64,000 nucleotides of DNA, from the IMG/VR virus record IMGVR_UViG_3300031994_000067, positions 1 to 64,000 of that record. One strand, written 5' to 3'. The position numbers were made by a program, and so were the translations under genes. This DNA comes from a virus. Its lineage: Duplodnaviria > Caudoviricetes. The notes beneath the pieces are model-generated. The model was not told the origin of the DNA and did not search any database. It was given only the letters and a program-made list of their open reading frames with translations. Of the stretch, positions 37,267 through 47,916 are shown piece by piece; positions within the stretch are counted from its first letter, which is position 1, and each line of letters starts with the position of its first letter.

Positions 37267-40200
37267 TCACGAAGCTCCCAGCTTAGTTAACGTCTCTTTG
37301 AAAGTAAACTTATCCGAAACATTTCGTTTCGAACTTCTTGTGAGAGACAATCTTGGGAATTCCAAATTCGTTCGATTAACCAAAAATCTGCTAATGTCAG
37401 TAGATAATCCGATATCAATGTCATATTCCACCTGAACTGATTTCATAGCGTCACGAAATTTCTCAGATACTGTCGAAATAACGTCTTTTGCAATCATTCT
37501 GTAGATGAAACTTTCGATATGAAGTTTTGAATTCGAATAAACTCCGGCGATAATCTTTTCGATTTTCTCCGTTAAGTCAGCTTTAACCGACTGAGTTATC
37601 GATAATTTCCATTCATCTGTATCAGCAAATTCCAGTATTTGAGATGTAAACCTCGTAACGTTCACATCAATATCATTCGCAATCGTTCTTGTGGATTTCA
37701 GTAACGCATCAATATAACGCGTTCTGTTAATAACATCAAATTTCTGAATATCTTTCTCGAAAAAGACTCCGGATACATCTCTACAATAATCCAGTGCTTT
37801 CAGTAGTTTATCTCGTTTAGCAGATAATACCTCGATATAAGTCTTATTCATTATCTGAAAGATGATCAAAAAGTTCTCTGCTAAATCAATCTTATCAACT
37901 ACAGATCTTCTGATTAATTCGGAAATTCTATCGTGGTGAGCCCTGTAAAAATCCGTTTTGATAATAGAATCGATTGATTCAGAATCTATCTTATTTATCA
38001 GTTTAACTTGTGAATCAGAGAGAAATCTGACAAATAAATCTCCGAGTTTTCCGATAAATTTGCTTACGGTTGCAGTTATCTTATTAACACTCGGACATAT
38101 CAACTCGACGCTATATACAGTAGATTTGAGGTAACTTGAAACTTCTGGAACCAATTCAGTCATAAGTTTCATATGATCACTTTCGGAAACGGAACCATTC
38201 ACGTAAACCAATCTATCGATAAACTTCATTACTTCGTCATCGATAAACCTAATAGATGATTCCCATTTATCCATCATCTTAGGTATAAGATTGGTCTTTA
38301 TTTCATCGCGTACAATCTGAATTGTTTCATCGTTGATATTGATCTTCTCGTCGATAATATATCGAACCATCATATCAACTATCTGATCGACAATAGTAAG
38401 TCTATGTTTGAGAATATTCTTAACCAAAGTCGTAAAAGCATCCGAATACTGATTCAAAATCCTTACCATAATCGTCATGCCAACGTCAGTCGTCATAGTT
38501 TCACGATTCACCAACTTCTCGCGAACCATAGCGACAATCATGTGGAGAAAACACTCTTTAAGATTCAGCTTGTTATCGTGAGTCATATCGACAGAAGCAT
38601 TGATATCATCGGAGTATTGATTGAGAAGCTTCTCCATTTTTTCTGCAAGTATTGTGACATCTAAACTTTCTGAAAAGATAAATTTATCGGAGAAATATAT
38701 CTTCGTCATGAAATCAGCAATAACATCACACAACCGAATTCTGTCAGAATCGGGAATACTCATAAGAATACTGAAATTGTCTGAATATTCTCCAAGAATT
38801 TTAGTACCAGCATCTGTTCGGATACAAGCAGACAAATCGTCTTTGATAGAGATATCACCATTAATCAAAAATTCGCCAACGAAATCAGAAATTTGCGTAA
38901 CAATTTTGATATAGTCTTTGTTATTCGGGTCAATGTCTAATGCCAAAGTATCAGCGTATTGATTAAGAATGTGCGAGCCTGTTCCTCCCATATCAATATA
39001 TTCTGCAAGACTATAATCAAGATTTAACTTGGACGATACGCTCGCAACCACGTAAGAATACAAGTCTTCTAAGAATTGAATCTTCTCTTTATCACTGAAT
39101 TCAATATCGACACCAGATATCGCATCATAATAATACTTAATAAAACCATCGTACATCCACCAAGTTATATCTGTTTGCCAAATCATGTCGAGAATCTTTA
39201 ACATATTGAAATATCTATCGTCGAATAAGTATAACAAACCTGCATGAGACAAATCGACCGTATATGACTTAAAGAAATTGATCAGTCTCAGAAGAACAAC
39301 TACCAATGCAGATGCATCAACTGCTGTATGAAGATATTTCAATTCGTTACATAAAGTTTCAAGTTTATATAACAGATGAATCATTATCTCATCAGTGTCT
39401 TTAACCGATGTAGTGTCGAAATCGTCCACGAAGAAATAGAGTTCAATATCGAGGTCTTTCAACAAATCAAAATAATCCGTCGCATAACTTCCATCATTTT
39501 TCTGATAGACTACCTCTTTATCTTCGACTACAAGAATCGAGTTATACAGTTTTTTGTAAGCTCTGTATACTTCAATATCTTTAGTAGATGCCATCTGCTC
39601 AACAATGAAATCCTTAAGAGCTTTGATATTATGGTAGATTCTATCAACGTCTTTATTGCTGGTGACTGTGAAATTCAGCATATATTGAATGACATCTTCA
39701 TCAAGATATTTGCTGTCGACTACATCAGCAATTATCTGAGCCATATCTGCATGAAAATTGAATCCATATACTGAAGCTACAGCGGCAGGTCTCAACGGAA
39801 TCTCTCCTGTGAAACCATAACGTTTACAGAAAAACGCACATAAAAAGATTATGAACGAATATAAATCGTGTGGTCTTGGAGAAATTTTTGGTGCTATCAA
39901 ATACACCTTACGAAACTCATCGTTGTTATCAATTACCATTCTGAAGAAATGATTTATCTCGTACATCATTGCCGTGATCTTAAACATGATATCGATACTG
40001 ATATACTTCGATTCTATGTAATTCAGACCAGCCGTATAAATCTTTTCACGAAGTTCATCATCGTCAACCCAGTAAATATCTCCCGAAGTCATATCGGTAT
40101 ATTCCATTCGATTAGTTCTATCAACCAATGCAGTGTTAATATCCTTAGACTTCAAATTGACTCTCTGGAAGTATATCTCAAACATCTTCTCATAATCAGG

Positions 40201-41283
40201 ACCTGATGTGATAGTGCCATCACCATTTACAACTGTCTTAGTAGGAAATATTGGTTTGCCTGTTACAGAACTATGAACATGATTCCGAACCAAAAGATAT
40301 TTGTAAATTGAGACATTAGTGAATCCGAACACTGCACATAAATCGAACAGAACTTTGTCAGACGATTTAAACGCAAGAAAGATATTGAGATTCTTAGCCA
40401 ATAATTTCATCTGGTCTATAGTCATATCTCCAATATACGGTATACTGTATGAATTAAACAGATACCTCAGTAACTGTGTATCATAAAAATCCCTCGTTAT
40501 ACCTTCACGAAATACGGAAGAAAATAAACGTTGGATTGCCATTATGAGAATACAGAATCCGATGAAGTTATCGTAATATTTGTAGCTTTTAGCGATATTC
40601 GGATTGTATATGGCAATCATATAATAATCACGTGCGTTATTGTAGAACTTCTTAAAGTCGAGCTGGATATTATCCGGATTAGTGGGACGACTGAAAAGGA
40701 GTTCATAATTCAACGCTTTTCTTGCCTTATAACAGTCGATTGATCTATCCCCGATATAATTCAGATACAATTTGTCCGGGTGAGCTTCAATCAACTTTGC
40801 CATTATTCCGGTAGACGCTAATCGACCAACACTACCAATATCCAATGAATGTACAGGGATATCAGTTCTAACATCAACCGTATTTTCAGGTGCATAGATG
40901 TAATCTGTATCATCTACATCGGGTAAACCCATAAGCATTCTATAATAATTATTTCGTTCGACGTAGTTTTCCAAGATATACTCTCTTTGCAATTTCAACA
41001 ATGCTGCTCGAATACCATAAGGTATTTTCTGTTTATCCAAATTATACTCGGTTATATTAGCAGGAGAAACGCCTGCTGCACGATAAACTTCATAATTGAA
41101 AGTGTTATACGAACTGAAATCATCGATTCCATCTTTAACCATTATATACATTTCGGCATCGCGCATTGTATCGACCGTTTCATACTTAGCCGCTTCGTTT
41201 CCTCGTTTAACGATCATAGAACGTAAAAGAGTTTTAAGTTCACGAATGAATATATCCATCTGCAAACCTTGATACATCATCAT
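37267..41283 (-). CDS. Large virion (baseplate/tail-associated) protein with ~57-aa repeats
   Basis: 1338 aa; late promoter at 41314-41325; (I/L)LNQYSD-like motif recurs at 57, 57 and 56 aa spacing. Confidence 0.6.
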   Translation of the reverse strand: MMMYQGLQMDIFIRELKTLLRSMIVKRGNEAAKYETVDTMRDAEMYIMVKDGIDDFSSYNTFNYEVYRAAGVSPANITEYNLDKQKIPYGIRAALLKLQREYILENYVERNNYYRMLMGLPDVDDTDYIYAPENTVDVRTDIPVHSLDIGSVGRLASTGIMAKLIEAHPDKLYLNYIGDRSIDCYKARKALNYELLFSRPTNPDNIQLDFKKFYNNARDYYMIAIYNPNIAKSYKYYDNFIGFCILIMAIQRLFSSVFREGITRDFYDTQLLRYLFNSYSIPYIGDMTIDQMKLLAKNLNIFLAFKSSDKVLFDLCAVFGFTNVSIYKYLLVRNHVHSSVTGKPIFPTKTVVNGDGTITSGPDYEKMFEIYFQRVNLKSKDINTALVDRTNRMEYTDMTSGDIYWVDDDELREKIYTAGLNYIESKYISIDIMFKITAMMYEINHFFRMVIDNNDEFRKVYLIAPKISPRPHDLYSFIIFLCAFFCKRYGFTGEIPLRPAAVASVYGFNFHADMAQIIADVVDSKYLDEDVIQYMLNFTVTSNKDVDRIYHNIKALKDFIVEQMASTKDIEVYRAYKKLYNSILVVEDKEVVYQKNDGSYATDYFDLLKDLDIELYFFVDDFDTTSVKDTDEIMIHLLYKLETLCNELKYLHTAVDASALVVVLLRLINFFKSYTVDLSHAGLLYLFDDRYFNMLKILDMIWQTDITWWMYDGFIKYYYDAISGVDIEFSDKEKIQFLEDLYSYVVASVSSKLNLDYSLAEYIDMGGTGSHILNQYADTLALDIDPNNKDYIKIVTQISDFVGEFLINGDISIKDDLSACIRTDAGTKILGEYSDNFSILMSIPDSDRIRLCDVIADFMTKIYFSDKFIFSESLDVTILAEKMEKLLNQYSDDINASVDMTHDNKLNLKECFLHMIVAMVREKLVNRETMTTDVGMTIMVRILNQYSDAFTTLVKNILKHRLTIVDQIVDMMVRYIIDEKININDETIQIVRDEIKTNLIPKMMDKWESSIRFIDDEVMKFIDRLVYVNGSVSESDHMKLMTELVPEVSSYLKSTVYSVELICPSVNKITATVSKFIGKLGDLFVRFLSDSQVKLINKIDSESIDSIIKTDFYRAHHDRISELIRRSVVDKIDLAENFLIIFQIMNKTYIEVLSAKRDKLLKALDYCRDVSGVFFEKDIQKFDVINRTRYIDALLKSTRTIANDIDVNVTRFTSQILEFADTDEWKLSITQSVKADLTEKIEKIIAGVYSNSKLHIESFIYRMIAKDVISTVSEKFRDAMKSVQVEYDIDIGLSTDISRFLVNRTNLEFPRLSLTRSSKRNVSDKFTFKETLTKLGAS

Positions 41284-41363
41284 ATCTCAAGCCCCTCCTT
41301 TCTTAGGCACAATTAACTAAATGTAAATCGCGTAAAAACTAGCGCAGAATCGAGGTGAGAAGA

Positions 41364-42014
41364 ATGGAAGACATAATTCATGTGAATAATGAATCTGCTG
41401 TAGTAAAGTCAAATCTTTTACCGTTTGAAATCAGCTATGAGAAAGATCAAAGTTTCTTCATGGTTTTAGAGAACTACGTATCGTTCATAAAGGGATGCGA
41501 GAATTTCATTAGACGTTCCAAAGATTATGTCAATTACGTAGCAACACTCAAAGAAATGGGATTGACACATTGTCAAGTTCTTGGAAACGTGGACAGTTCA
41601 CTTGGAATTCAAGGTCATGAAGTCAGTGTCGAAATGCATCACGGTCCGATATTTACACTATTCGATTACTGCAGTTGTCTTATAATGTATCTGTTGAAGA
41701 ATGATTATACAGTCAATACTCCAAGAATAGCAAAGATCATTATGAATGAGCATTGGGCTGGAAATATTCAAACTGTAATGTTATCGACCACAGTTCATCA
41801 AGCTGTAGATAGTGGCAAACTGTTCATAAGTCTCAATCAAGCCCATGGAAACCTCAATGCTTTTCTCAAGAAATATTCTGAGGGGTTAACTACTCATCAA
41901 TGCGAAAAAATAAACAAGTATATCGAACTCAGTAAGAAATATAAATCGACCGATAATGGTTTGTTCGATATCAAAGAAACCATACACGATTGGTCTAAAC
42001 GAAGAATTTACTGA
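41364..42014 (+). CDS. Hypothetical protein with HH/H motif, paralog of 53115-53789
   Basis: VEMHHGPIFTLFD...LSTTVHQ, compared with LEIHHEPFTLFD...LSYTVHQ. Confidence 0.7.
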   Translation: MEDIIHVNNESAVVKSNLLPFEISYEKDQSFFMVLENYVSFIKGCENFIRRSKDYVNYVATLKEMGLTHCQVLGNVDSSLGIQGHEVSVEMHHGPIFTLFDYCSCLIMYLLKNDYTVNTPRIAKIIMNEHWAGNIQTVMLSTTVHQAVDSGKLFISLNQAHGNLNAFLKKYSEGLTTHQCEKINKYIELSKKYKSTDNGLFDIKETIHDWSKRRIY

Positions 42015-42023
42015 AAAAACAAA

Positions 42024-42047
42024 GGGTGTCACGATACCGTGACACCC
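42024..42047. terminator. Bidirectional terminator
   Basis: GGGTGTCACG/CGTGACACCC stem between convergent genes. Confidence 0.7.
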
Positions 42048-42057
42048 ATAAATACGT

Positions 42058-42357
42058 TCAATTTCTGATTATACAGCTTAACAACTGATTTCCGTAAATG
42101 TCTTGATGATGACCGAGAATCCGGTACTCGATATTGACGTGGAGAAACTCACGTGCCAGTTCAGCGAGTCTGTTTTGTTTGAGATGTGGTGCAAGTGTTA
42201 CCTGCACAACCCATTTTATATCTTTCGGGTGAGTACTCATCGTTCGCCTGATTTGATCAAGTGCTGGTTTGTATTCTCCTGCGGCGTCTTCTTCCAAGCA
42301 TTTTTGATGCAGTAAGAACGTCCCGTAGTCGTCAAAGTTTGGTTTCAATTTATTCAA
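42058..42357 (-). CDS. Hypothetical protein
   Basis: 99-aa ORF overlapping the end of the MYG1-like gene. Confidence 0.55.
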   Translation of the reverse strand: MNKLKPNFDDYGTFLLHQKCLEEDAAGEYKPALDQIRRTMSTHPKDIKWVVQVTLAPHLKQNRLAELAREFLHVNIEYRILGHHQDIYGNQLLSCIIRN

Positions 42358-43375
42358 CTGGCATCATCGCCAAATCGCCAATTGCTGCGTTAACCGCCTG
42401 CATGACATGTTCAAACGTGTCCCATTTAGCCATGAACCCGGTCTTATGACAGAAAATTGCCCCATCAATTCCGGAAACTTTCGAAAGTTCTTCGCCACGC
42501 AATCCTTCCCATTTACTCGGAAGCGGGAATTTGATCTCGAACGAATTGGGTTCTTTCGGAATCGTTCTGAGGACGTATCCCTCTTTGGAAAGAGTATCCT
42601 CAAAAACGATGTAACGAATGAGTTCGCACAAATCGCGATTATTGAAGTAGAAGTCTTGCCACGGAATCGCTTTCTCGAAGAAGAGCACGTTTCTGAAATC
42701 CGGGTTAGTCCTCGATGTATAGAGAGCATCAGTAAAGACTTTCAAAGCATTTCCGTGTGCGACCGCTTCCCTGAAGACTCTGGCGAGAATTTGTTTAGTG
42801 ATGGTAACGCATATACCAAACATCTTATCAGAGTCATAGTTCTCTTCTTCAAATGCCGGATTGAAATTTTTAACCCAAGCGAGTTTGTGTTCGAGTACGT
42901 CGAGTTCCTGACCGTTATCCGCAGCCTCAATCGGGTAGAGAAGTTTTGTACGGACATATTCGAGAACTGCGTCGTTAAATTTCGCCGATTTATTGAAGAG
43001 AATGTCGAACACTTTTCCACAAGCCGCAAGCTTGATTCCATTTTCCGGGTAAACGCCGCTGTCCGTCTGATGATGGTCGAGGTAAAGAGTCTTCCCGTCA
43101 AATTCGTCGCAGTTGCCAACATCGACAACGAACTGCTTGTTTTCGATGTCTTCGATTTTGCGAGTGCGTTCACAGCGGATGACTTCGAATTTCATCTCTT
43201 TATTACCGTAAACGATGAAGAACGCTTCGATAAGAGCGACCGACATAACATCATCGGCATGCATGATGCCACCGTGAGTGACGATAGTGACTTTATCCGA
43301 CTTCTTGATGTCTTCGATGAACTCCAGAATGTCGACCATCTCTTCGTTGTTAAAGAGGTTAAGTTCAGTTCCCAT
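42350..43375 (-). CDS. MYG1-family (DHH-superfamily) exonuclease
   Basis: THGGIMHADD, VDVG, DHHQ, EAADNG and FCHKTGF. Confidence 0.85.
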   Translation of the reverse strand: MGTELNLFNNEEMVDILEFIEDIKKSDKVTIVTHGGIMHADDVMSVALIEAFFIVYGNKEMKFEVIRCERTRKIEDIENKQFVVDVGNCDEFDGKTLYLDHHQTDSGVYPENGIKLAACGKVFDILFNKSAKFNDAVLEYVRTKLLYPIEAADNGQELDVLEHKLAWVKNFNPAFEEENYDSDKMFGICVTITKQILARVFREAVAHGNALKVFTDALYTSRTNPDFRNVLFFEKAIPWQDFYFNNRDLCELIRYIVFEDTLSKEGYVLRTIPKEPNSFEIKFPLPSKWEGLRGEELSKVSGIDGAIFCHKTGFMAKWDTFEHVMQAVNAAIGDLAMMPVE

Positions 43376-43501
43376 AAATAAACCCTCCAATTCTGTGATT
43401 ACTAATAACGTTCGTTGCTCCGTAATAAATACGTGAAAATTAAACCATTAAATTGCGTATAAGACAAATACCTAAACTTATAATGAAAGGAATGGTCTAA
43501 A

Positions 43502-45061
43502 ATGGCTCGCATGATTAAAAATGTTAAGTCAATGACCCTTGGTGTAGATCTGGTGACAGTGTTCGAAAACGACACTAAAACAATCAGACCTTTCAAAATT
43601 GGAGATGTAGTGGAGAATCTTCGCTATGTTGATAATGGAGAAATTGTCATTGTGTCTGGTCGAATAACTGATCTCACTTATACCATGGCTACAAAACTCG
43701 CATGGAATAAGAAGACTCCGACCGATTCTCTCGCAAAAGACATGACGTTGGTTAACATCACTATCGATGCTTCTTCGGAATACAATTCAAAAATTGTTAC
43801 TATTCCGCTCAAAGAAGTTGTCGAGTTTGAAGAAGAGACTGGCGTCGCTCGCATGAAATTTGTTCCGTTCATCACATACGATATGGAACTTCATTATTCC
43901 GATTATCGAGTCGAAAGAGTTAGTGTTCAAAGCGGCGATAAATTTGATAACGTTCGCATTATCAACCCCGCAAATGTTGGTGTCGACTTCACCGGGAAAT
44001 ATCAAGTTATTGGATTCGCATATAATGTCGTTGGTGGTGTCATTAACGTCACTGGTATCGCATTCCATAATCTTGAAACTGATGAAAATTTGGTTACTGA
44101 TTTTGAGTATATCCTTGCTCTTAATGAGGTATATATCTACCAAATTAACAGTCCGGAAGCTATTGCTGAAGTTATCGGAAATCTTTCAGAAGGCGATACT
44201 ATTGAAATCAGTAACGTCGTCGATACTACTGGCAACGCGATCGTCATCAACAAACCTAACATCGAAATTGCTATGAATGATGCTATTACTACTGATGGCT
44301 CTAGCACATCGGGCATCCGTGTTACTAACGGTAGTCTTACACTCACCGGCAACGCTCAAGTTGTTAACAACACGGCATACGATAAGAATCATGGCAGCGG
44401 TGTCATTGGTGTCAAAGCTGGTGGCGAAATCATATTCAACGGCAGCGGTGTTTCTGCTGTTATTGAAGATGATCCTGTTAACAAAGGTCAATTCGGTGTA
44501 TGTGTCCATGACAATGGTAAAGTCACTGTTAATGACGGTATATTCGAGACTGGTTGGTATTGCATCTCTGGTAATGGTTCAACCACTAACGCAGATTCTG
44601 TTATCAAAATCAATGGTGGTGAATTCGTATCTGTTGCAGATTATGCGATTTATCACCCGCATCCTGGTAAACTCATCATCAATGGTGGTTCCTTCTCGGG
44701 TGCTGCAGGTGCGATTGCTGCTAACAACGGTATTATCGAGATCAACGGCGGTGAATTCTCAGTTCTTGGTGGTGGTAACACTGGAAACTGGAGCGATGGA
44801 ACCAGTGGTCTGCAAGATGTAGCTGTTAACCTCAACGCTAGGTATGGAGACATCACTTGCCGTATTACTGGCGGTATTTTCAATGCGACTGCGGCTGGTA
44901 CTATCTTGATTCAAACCGGTACGGCTCATAACGTCGATATTAAGATTTCCGGTGGTAAATTCTCTTCCAAACCCAACGTTGAATGGATTGCGGAAGGATA
45001 TTCAGTTTCAAACGAAGCAGATAGCGAAGGATATTACACCGTTACTAAGAACGAAGCGTGA
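43502..45061 (+). CDS. Virion protein with a C-terminal beta-helix-like repeat domain
   Basis: Repeated I.I(N/T)GG.F units; AAAGGA RBS; terminator at 45083-45110. Confidence 0.6.
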   Translation: MARMIKNVKSMTLGVDLVTVFENDTKTIRPFKIGDVVENLRYVDNGEIVIVSGRITDLTYTMATKLAWNKKTPTDSLAKDMTLVNITIDASSEYNSKIVTIPLKEVVEFEEETGVARMKFVPFITYDMELHYSDYRVERVSVQSGDKFDNVRIINPANVGVDFTGKYQVIGFAYNVVGGVINVTGIAFHNLETDENLVTDFEYILALNEVYIYQINSPEAIAEVIGNLSEGDTIEISNVVDTTGNAIVINKPNIEIAMNDAITTDGSSTSGIRVTNGSLTLTGNAQVVNNTAYDKNHGSGVIGVKAGGEIIFNGSGVSAVIEDDPVNKGQFGVCVHDNGKVTVNDGIFETGWYCISGNGSTTNADSVIKINGGEFVSVADYAIYHPHPGKLIINGGSFSGAAGAIAANNGIIEINGGEFSVLGGGNTGNWSDGTSGLQDVAVNLNARYGDITCRITGGIFNATAAGTILIQTGTAHNVDIKISGGKFSSKPNVEWIAEGYSVSNEADSEGYYTVTKNEA

Positions 45062-45169
45062 GCTTATAAACTGACGAAAAACAGGAGATTCCTAATATAG
45101 GGAATCTCCTTTAGTGCGTTTAAAATTTTTTAAACTGACATTACATAAGGGGAAGGAAGTGTTTACCAA

Positions 45170-45709
45170 ATGAGTATAGAATACGGAATGACATTACTTA
45201 CTATAATCGGAATATTCGGTGGAATGATCTATTGTGGAAAAAATATATTCAATAGACTTCTTGAACACCACAAAGAAATCACCAAGATAAAGTCTGAGGC
45301 TATAAAAAATGCGATGATTAATTCCGCCGATGTTATTTCAAGCGGTATTCTGGATGCTACGTCTGGAATAGTAAATACATTCGGCAAAGATTACATTCTT
45401 GCCACAAAGGTCATGAATACTTCATTAAACGACCACATGAATGCGTTGAATCAACTCATATCGACCGAATTCTATAATGCAATTTTGCTTCCAAGAGCAG
45501 GAACGGTAAATAAACCACCGATTGAAGATGTTAAAGCCAGTACAGATATGATTGCGAATCGAATTCTTTCTGGATTGGAACCGGAATTCTTTAATATATT
45601 CAAGGCACATGGAATATCTGAAGAATTTATCATGGGTTACATAACCCGCGAGTTATTTGCCAAACTTATTGAATTCACAAGAACCAACAGAAAAAAGGAA
45701 ACGATATAA
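45170..45709 (+). CDS. Protein with an N-terminal TM segment
   Basis: Hydrophobic MTLLTIIGIFGGMIYC followed by a helical soluble region. Confidence 0.6.
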   Translation: MSIEYGMTLLTIIGIFGGMIYCGKNIFNRLLEHHKEITKIKSEAIKNAMINSADVISSGILDATSGIVNTFGKDYILATKVMNTSLNDHMNALNQLISTEFYNAILLPRAGTVNKPPIEDVKASTDMIANRILSGLEPEFFNIFKAHGISEEFIMGYITRELFAKLIEFTRTNRKKETI

Positions 45710-45747
45710 AGCCGAGTTTAGGGTGACGAGGAAAACTCGTCACCCGT

Positions 45748-46524
45748 TTAAACCAAAATTTGATACATCGGAATTATGTAATGCGTATAGTTGTATGATA
45801 TATCGAGATACTTCAAATCGAGATTGAAGTCTGTATAACCCAAAGTGTTTTCCATTATTGCTATTCGAGCTATTGGTCTAAAGAGAGATTGATTATTCAA
45901 TTCTCTATAATATCCTGATTCAAGTTTCTTATTTCGATAAGCAACAGCAACTTCTTTGATAAACTCAAGTTGTTTAGATGTATTGGATAGTCTCAGAAGA
46001 TTAACATACTCGGTTATCAAGTCAAGCATATAATCTCGATGTAATGGCAGTAATTCGTCTTTGATTCCTTTGCACGCCAATTCATCTTCTCCAATATAGA
46101 ATTCGCAGTCATTCAGATAGATATAAGAATGAAACGTGTGCTTTGGAACAAACTCAATGTATTTACCAAACCGAAGATGTTCATAACGTTTACCAATAAT
46201 GAAAATTGCGTCTTTCTTAATAGAGAGGATGTCATCATCAGTAACGTTGTTATATCTGAAAAAAGCTTCTCTACATTTTGCAAACCCTTCTTTGAGTTTT
46301 TCGGAGAGAGTTTTATCTTCCCGCTGAAGTTTTCCTATTGCAACATGTCGTTCTTTCTTATCAAGTTCTTCCAATTCGCGTATTTTTTCTTCAGGCAATA
46401 AACCGAATTGTTTACAGATATTAAATCCTGCCGATCTTATATCGTATTCAATAACTCCTTCACCTGCGATATATTGAATCGCTTTATTGGTATAAAGAGT
46501 CCGTTCATGGAGTATTGATGACAT
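45748..46524 (-). CDS. Polymerase palm-like protein (divergent family B?)
   Basis: IEYDIRSAGF (motif A-like) and ILSIKKDAIF (motif C-like). Confidence 0.4.
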   Translation of the reverse strand: MSSILHERTLYTNKAIQYIAGEGVIEYDIRSAGFNICKQFGLLPEEKIRELEELDKKERHVAIGKLQREDKTLSEKLKEGFAKCREAFFRYNNVTDDDILSIKKDAIFIIGKRYEHLRFGKYIEFVPKHTFHSYIYLNDCEFYIGEDELACKGIKDELLPLHRDYMLDLITEYVNLLRLSNTSKQLEFIKEVAVAYRNKKLESGYYRELNNQSLFRPIARIAIMENTLGYTDFNLDLKYLDISYNYTHYIIPMYQILV

Positions 46525-46852
46525 TATCGTACCACTTCTTTCCCCATTTCCATAACCACTTCTTAAATTTCATCAAATCATATACGGCGAATTTAATCAT
46601 GTACACTATTATACATATTCCCATTAACAGCCAAAGTATTGTGAGAGCTTTATCTTGATGAGAAAATACTGCCACACCTTTAAACACAGCAAAACCTATT
46701 GCTATTACAGCAACCAGAGGAACCGAAAAGTATGCTAATCCAACAATCACAGGAACCAGTAATTTTGCCAATATAAACGGGATATATACTACAACCGCTA
46801 TACCACCGAATATATAACCTAGAATTTTCTTCATTTTTTCCATACGATTCAT
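46505..46852 (-). CDS. Small membrane protein
   Basis: Two or three hydrophobic segments. Confidence 0.6.
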   Translation of the reverse strand: MNRMEKMKKILGYIFGGIAVVVYIPFILAKLLVPVIVGLAYFSVPLVAVIAIGFAVFKGVAVFSHQDKALTILWLLMGICIIVYMIKFAVYDLMKFKKWLWKWGKKWYDNVINTP

Positions 46853-46915
46853 CTCCCTTATTTAACGTCGTCAAACAGGTAGAAGCCTACAGCAGCTTCT
46901 ACCTGTATTTTGCGT

Positions 46916-47338
46916 TCAAATAATCTTAGGGTCGGGATACATCTGAACTACTATCCCATCCGTCGCAATTTGTCTCGCAGTCAATCCCACCGATTTAATC
47001 TCTCCACCATTATCACGGAACGTAAAGGAAATCATCGAACGAGTACATTTCACAATTATTCCGTGAATGATATTGATAGAATCAGGTTTCTTATGATAAG
47101 CAAAAATCACTCTGCCGGGTTCAAATACTTCCGGATTCACAATGCGAAATTCATAAGGTTGCATTGACCTCGGAATATCGTTTTTAGCAACAATCATAGG
47201 TTGAGGATAATTGTATTTATCAGTTACCGTGCAATGGAAATGATCTTTATCACATTCGTACATCAGACGGTAAATCTTTCCGTTCATCTTAAACGCGTCA
47301 TTTGTATTCAAGAATCGCTCAATCTGCAAATCGATCAT
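46916..47338 (-). CDS. Hypothetical protein
   Basis: AAAGGAGG RBS; CACA-N6-TA at 47355-47366. Confidence 0.65.
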   Translation of the reverse strand: MIDLQIERFLNTNDAFKMNGKIYRLMYECDKDHFHCTVTDKYNYPQPMIVAKNDIPRSMQPYEFRIVNPEVFEPGRVIFAYHKKPDSINIIHGIIVKCTRSMISFTFRDNGGEIKSVGLTARQIATDGIVVQMYPDPKII

Positions 47339-47409
47339 TTTACATTCCTCCTTTTATAAAACTGTGAGAAAAAACAAGCTGGAGACAAACTCTCCAGCTC
47401 AACGGATAT

Positions 47410-47916
47410 TTATCCGAGTATTTCAATCGACTCATCGAATTTATTCATCATTTGCGCCACGTGTTTATCAAATTTCTCCCGAGTCTCTTTGTCGAACTTC
47501 TTATTCTTGCCCGCGTAGTTTTTGTATTTCACCACATATTTTTTCGGGATTTCGAGATTCTCGATAATGAAATGACGCAAGAATTTCGGATACAACATCT
47601 CGCTCTCCATCTTGGAATAGCACATGAATGTCACTTCCGAATCGATTCCGTCTGACGCAATTATCTCAAGGTTGAGAAAATGGCAGATGCGCGGCGACGA
47701 AAGAAAGCGATAATAATTCTCGCGGTATTTTTGTTTGTCGCCAGTGTTGCAATAACAGGTAAACGCACTAACCGGCGGAAGCAACCATGAACCGTCGGCC
47801 ATTCCGGGAACTTCCAGAAGGTCGCTTGAAATCGCGAGATACTTGGCGTTCTCTTGGTATTGTTTCATGCATTCCTCGAGTTCGCCAGATTCAACGAAAA
47901 CCAGCAAATTAACCAA
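47410..47916 (-). CDS. Hypothetical protein in the early kinase operon
   Basis: GGAGG RBS; coupled to the kinase gene. Confidence 0.65.
   Translation of the reverse strand: MVNLLVFVESGELEECMKQYQENAKYLAISSDLLEVPGMADGSWLLPPVSAFTCYCNTGDKQKYRENYYRFLSSPRICHFLNLEIIASDGIDSEVTFMCYSKMESEMLYPKFLRHFIIENLEIPKKYVVKYKNYAGKNKKFDKETREKFDKHVAQMMNKFDESIEILG

Noticed and set aside
42407-43381. 324-aa plus-strand ORF, and many similar antisense ORFs (e.g. 51238-51876, 22826-23512, 8235-8789)
   Set aside because: These are shadows of well-supported minus-strand genes in GC-richer regions, with no RBS or motifs.
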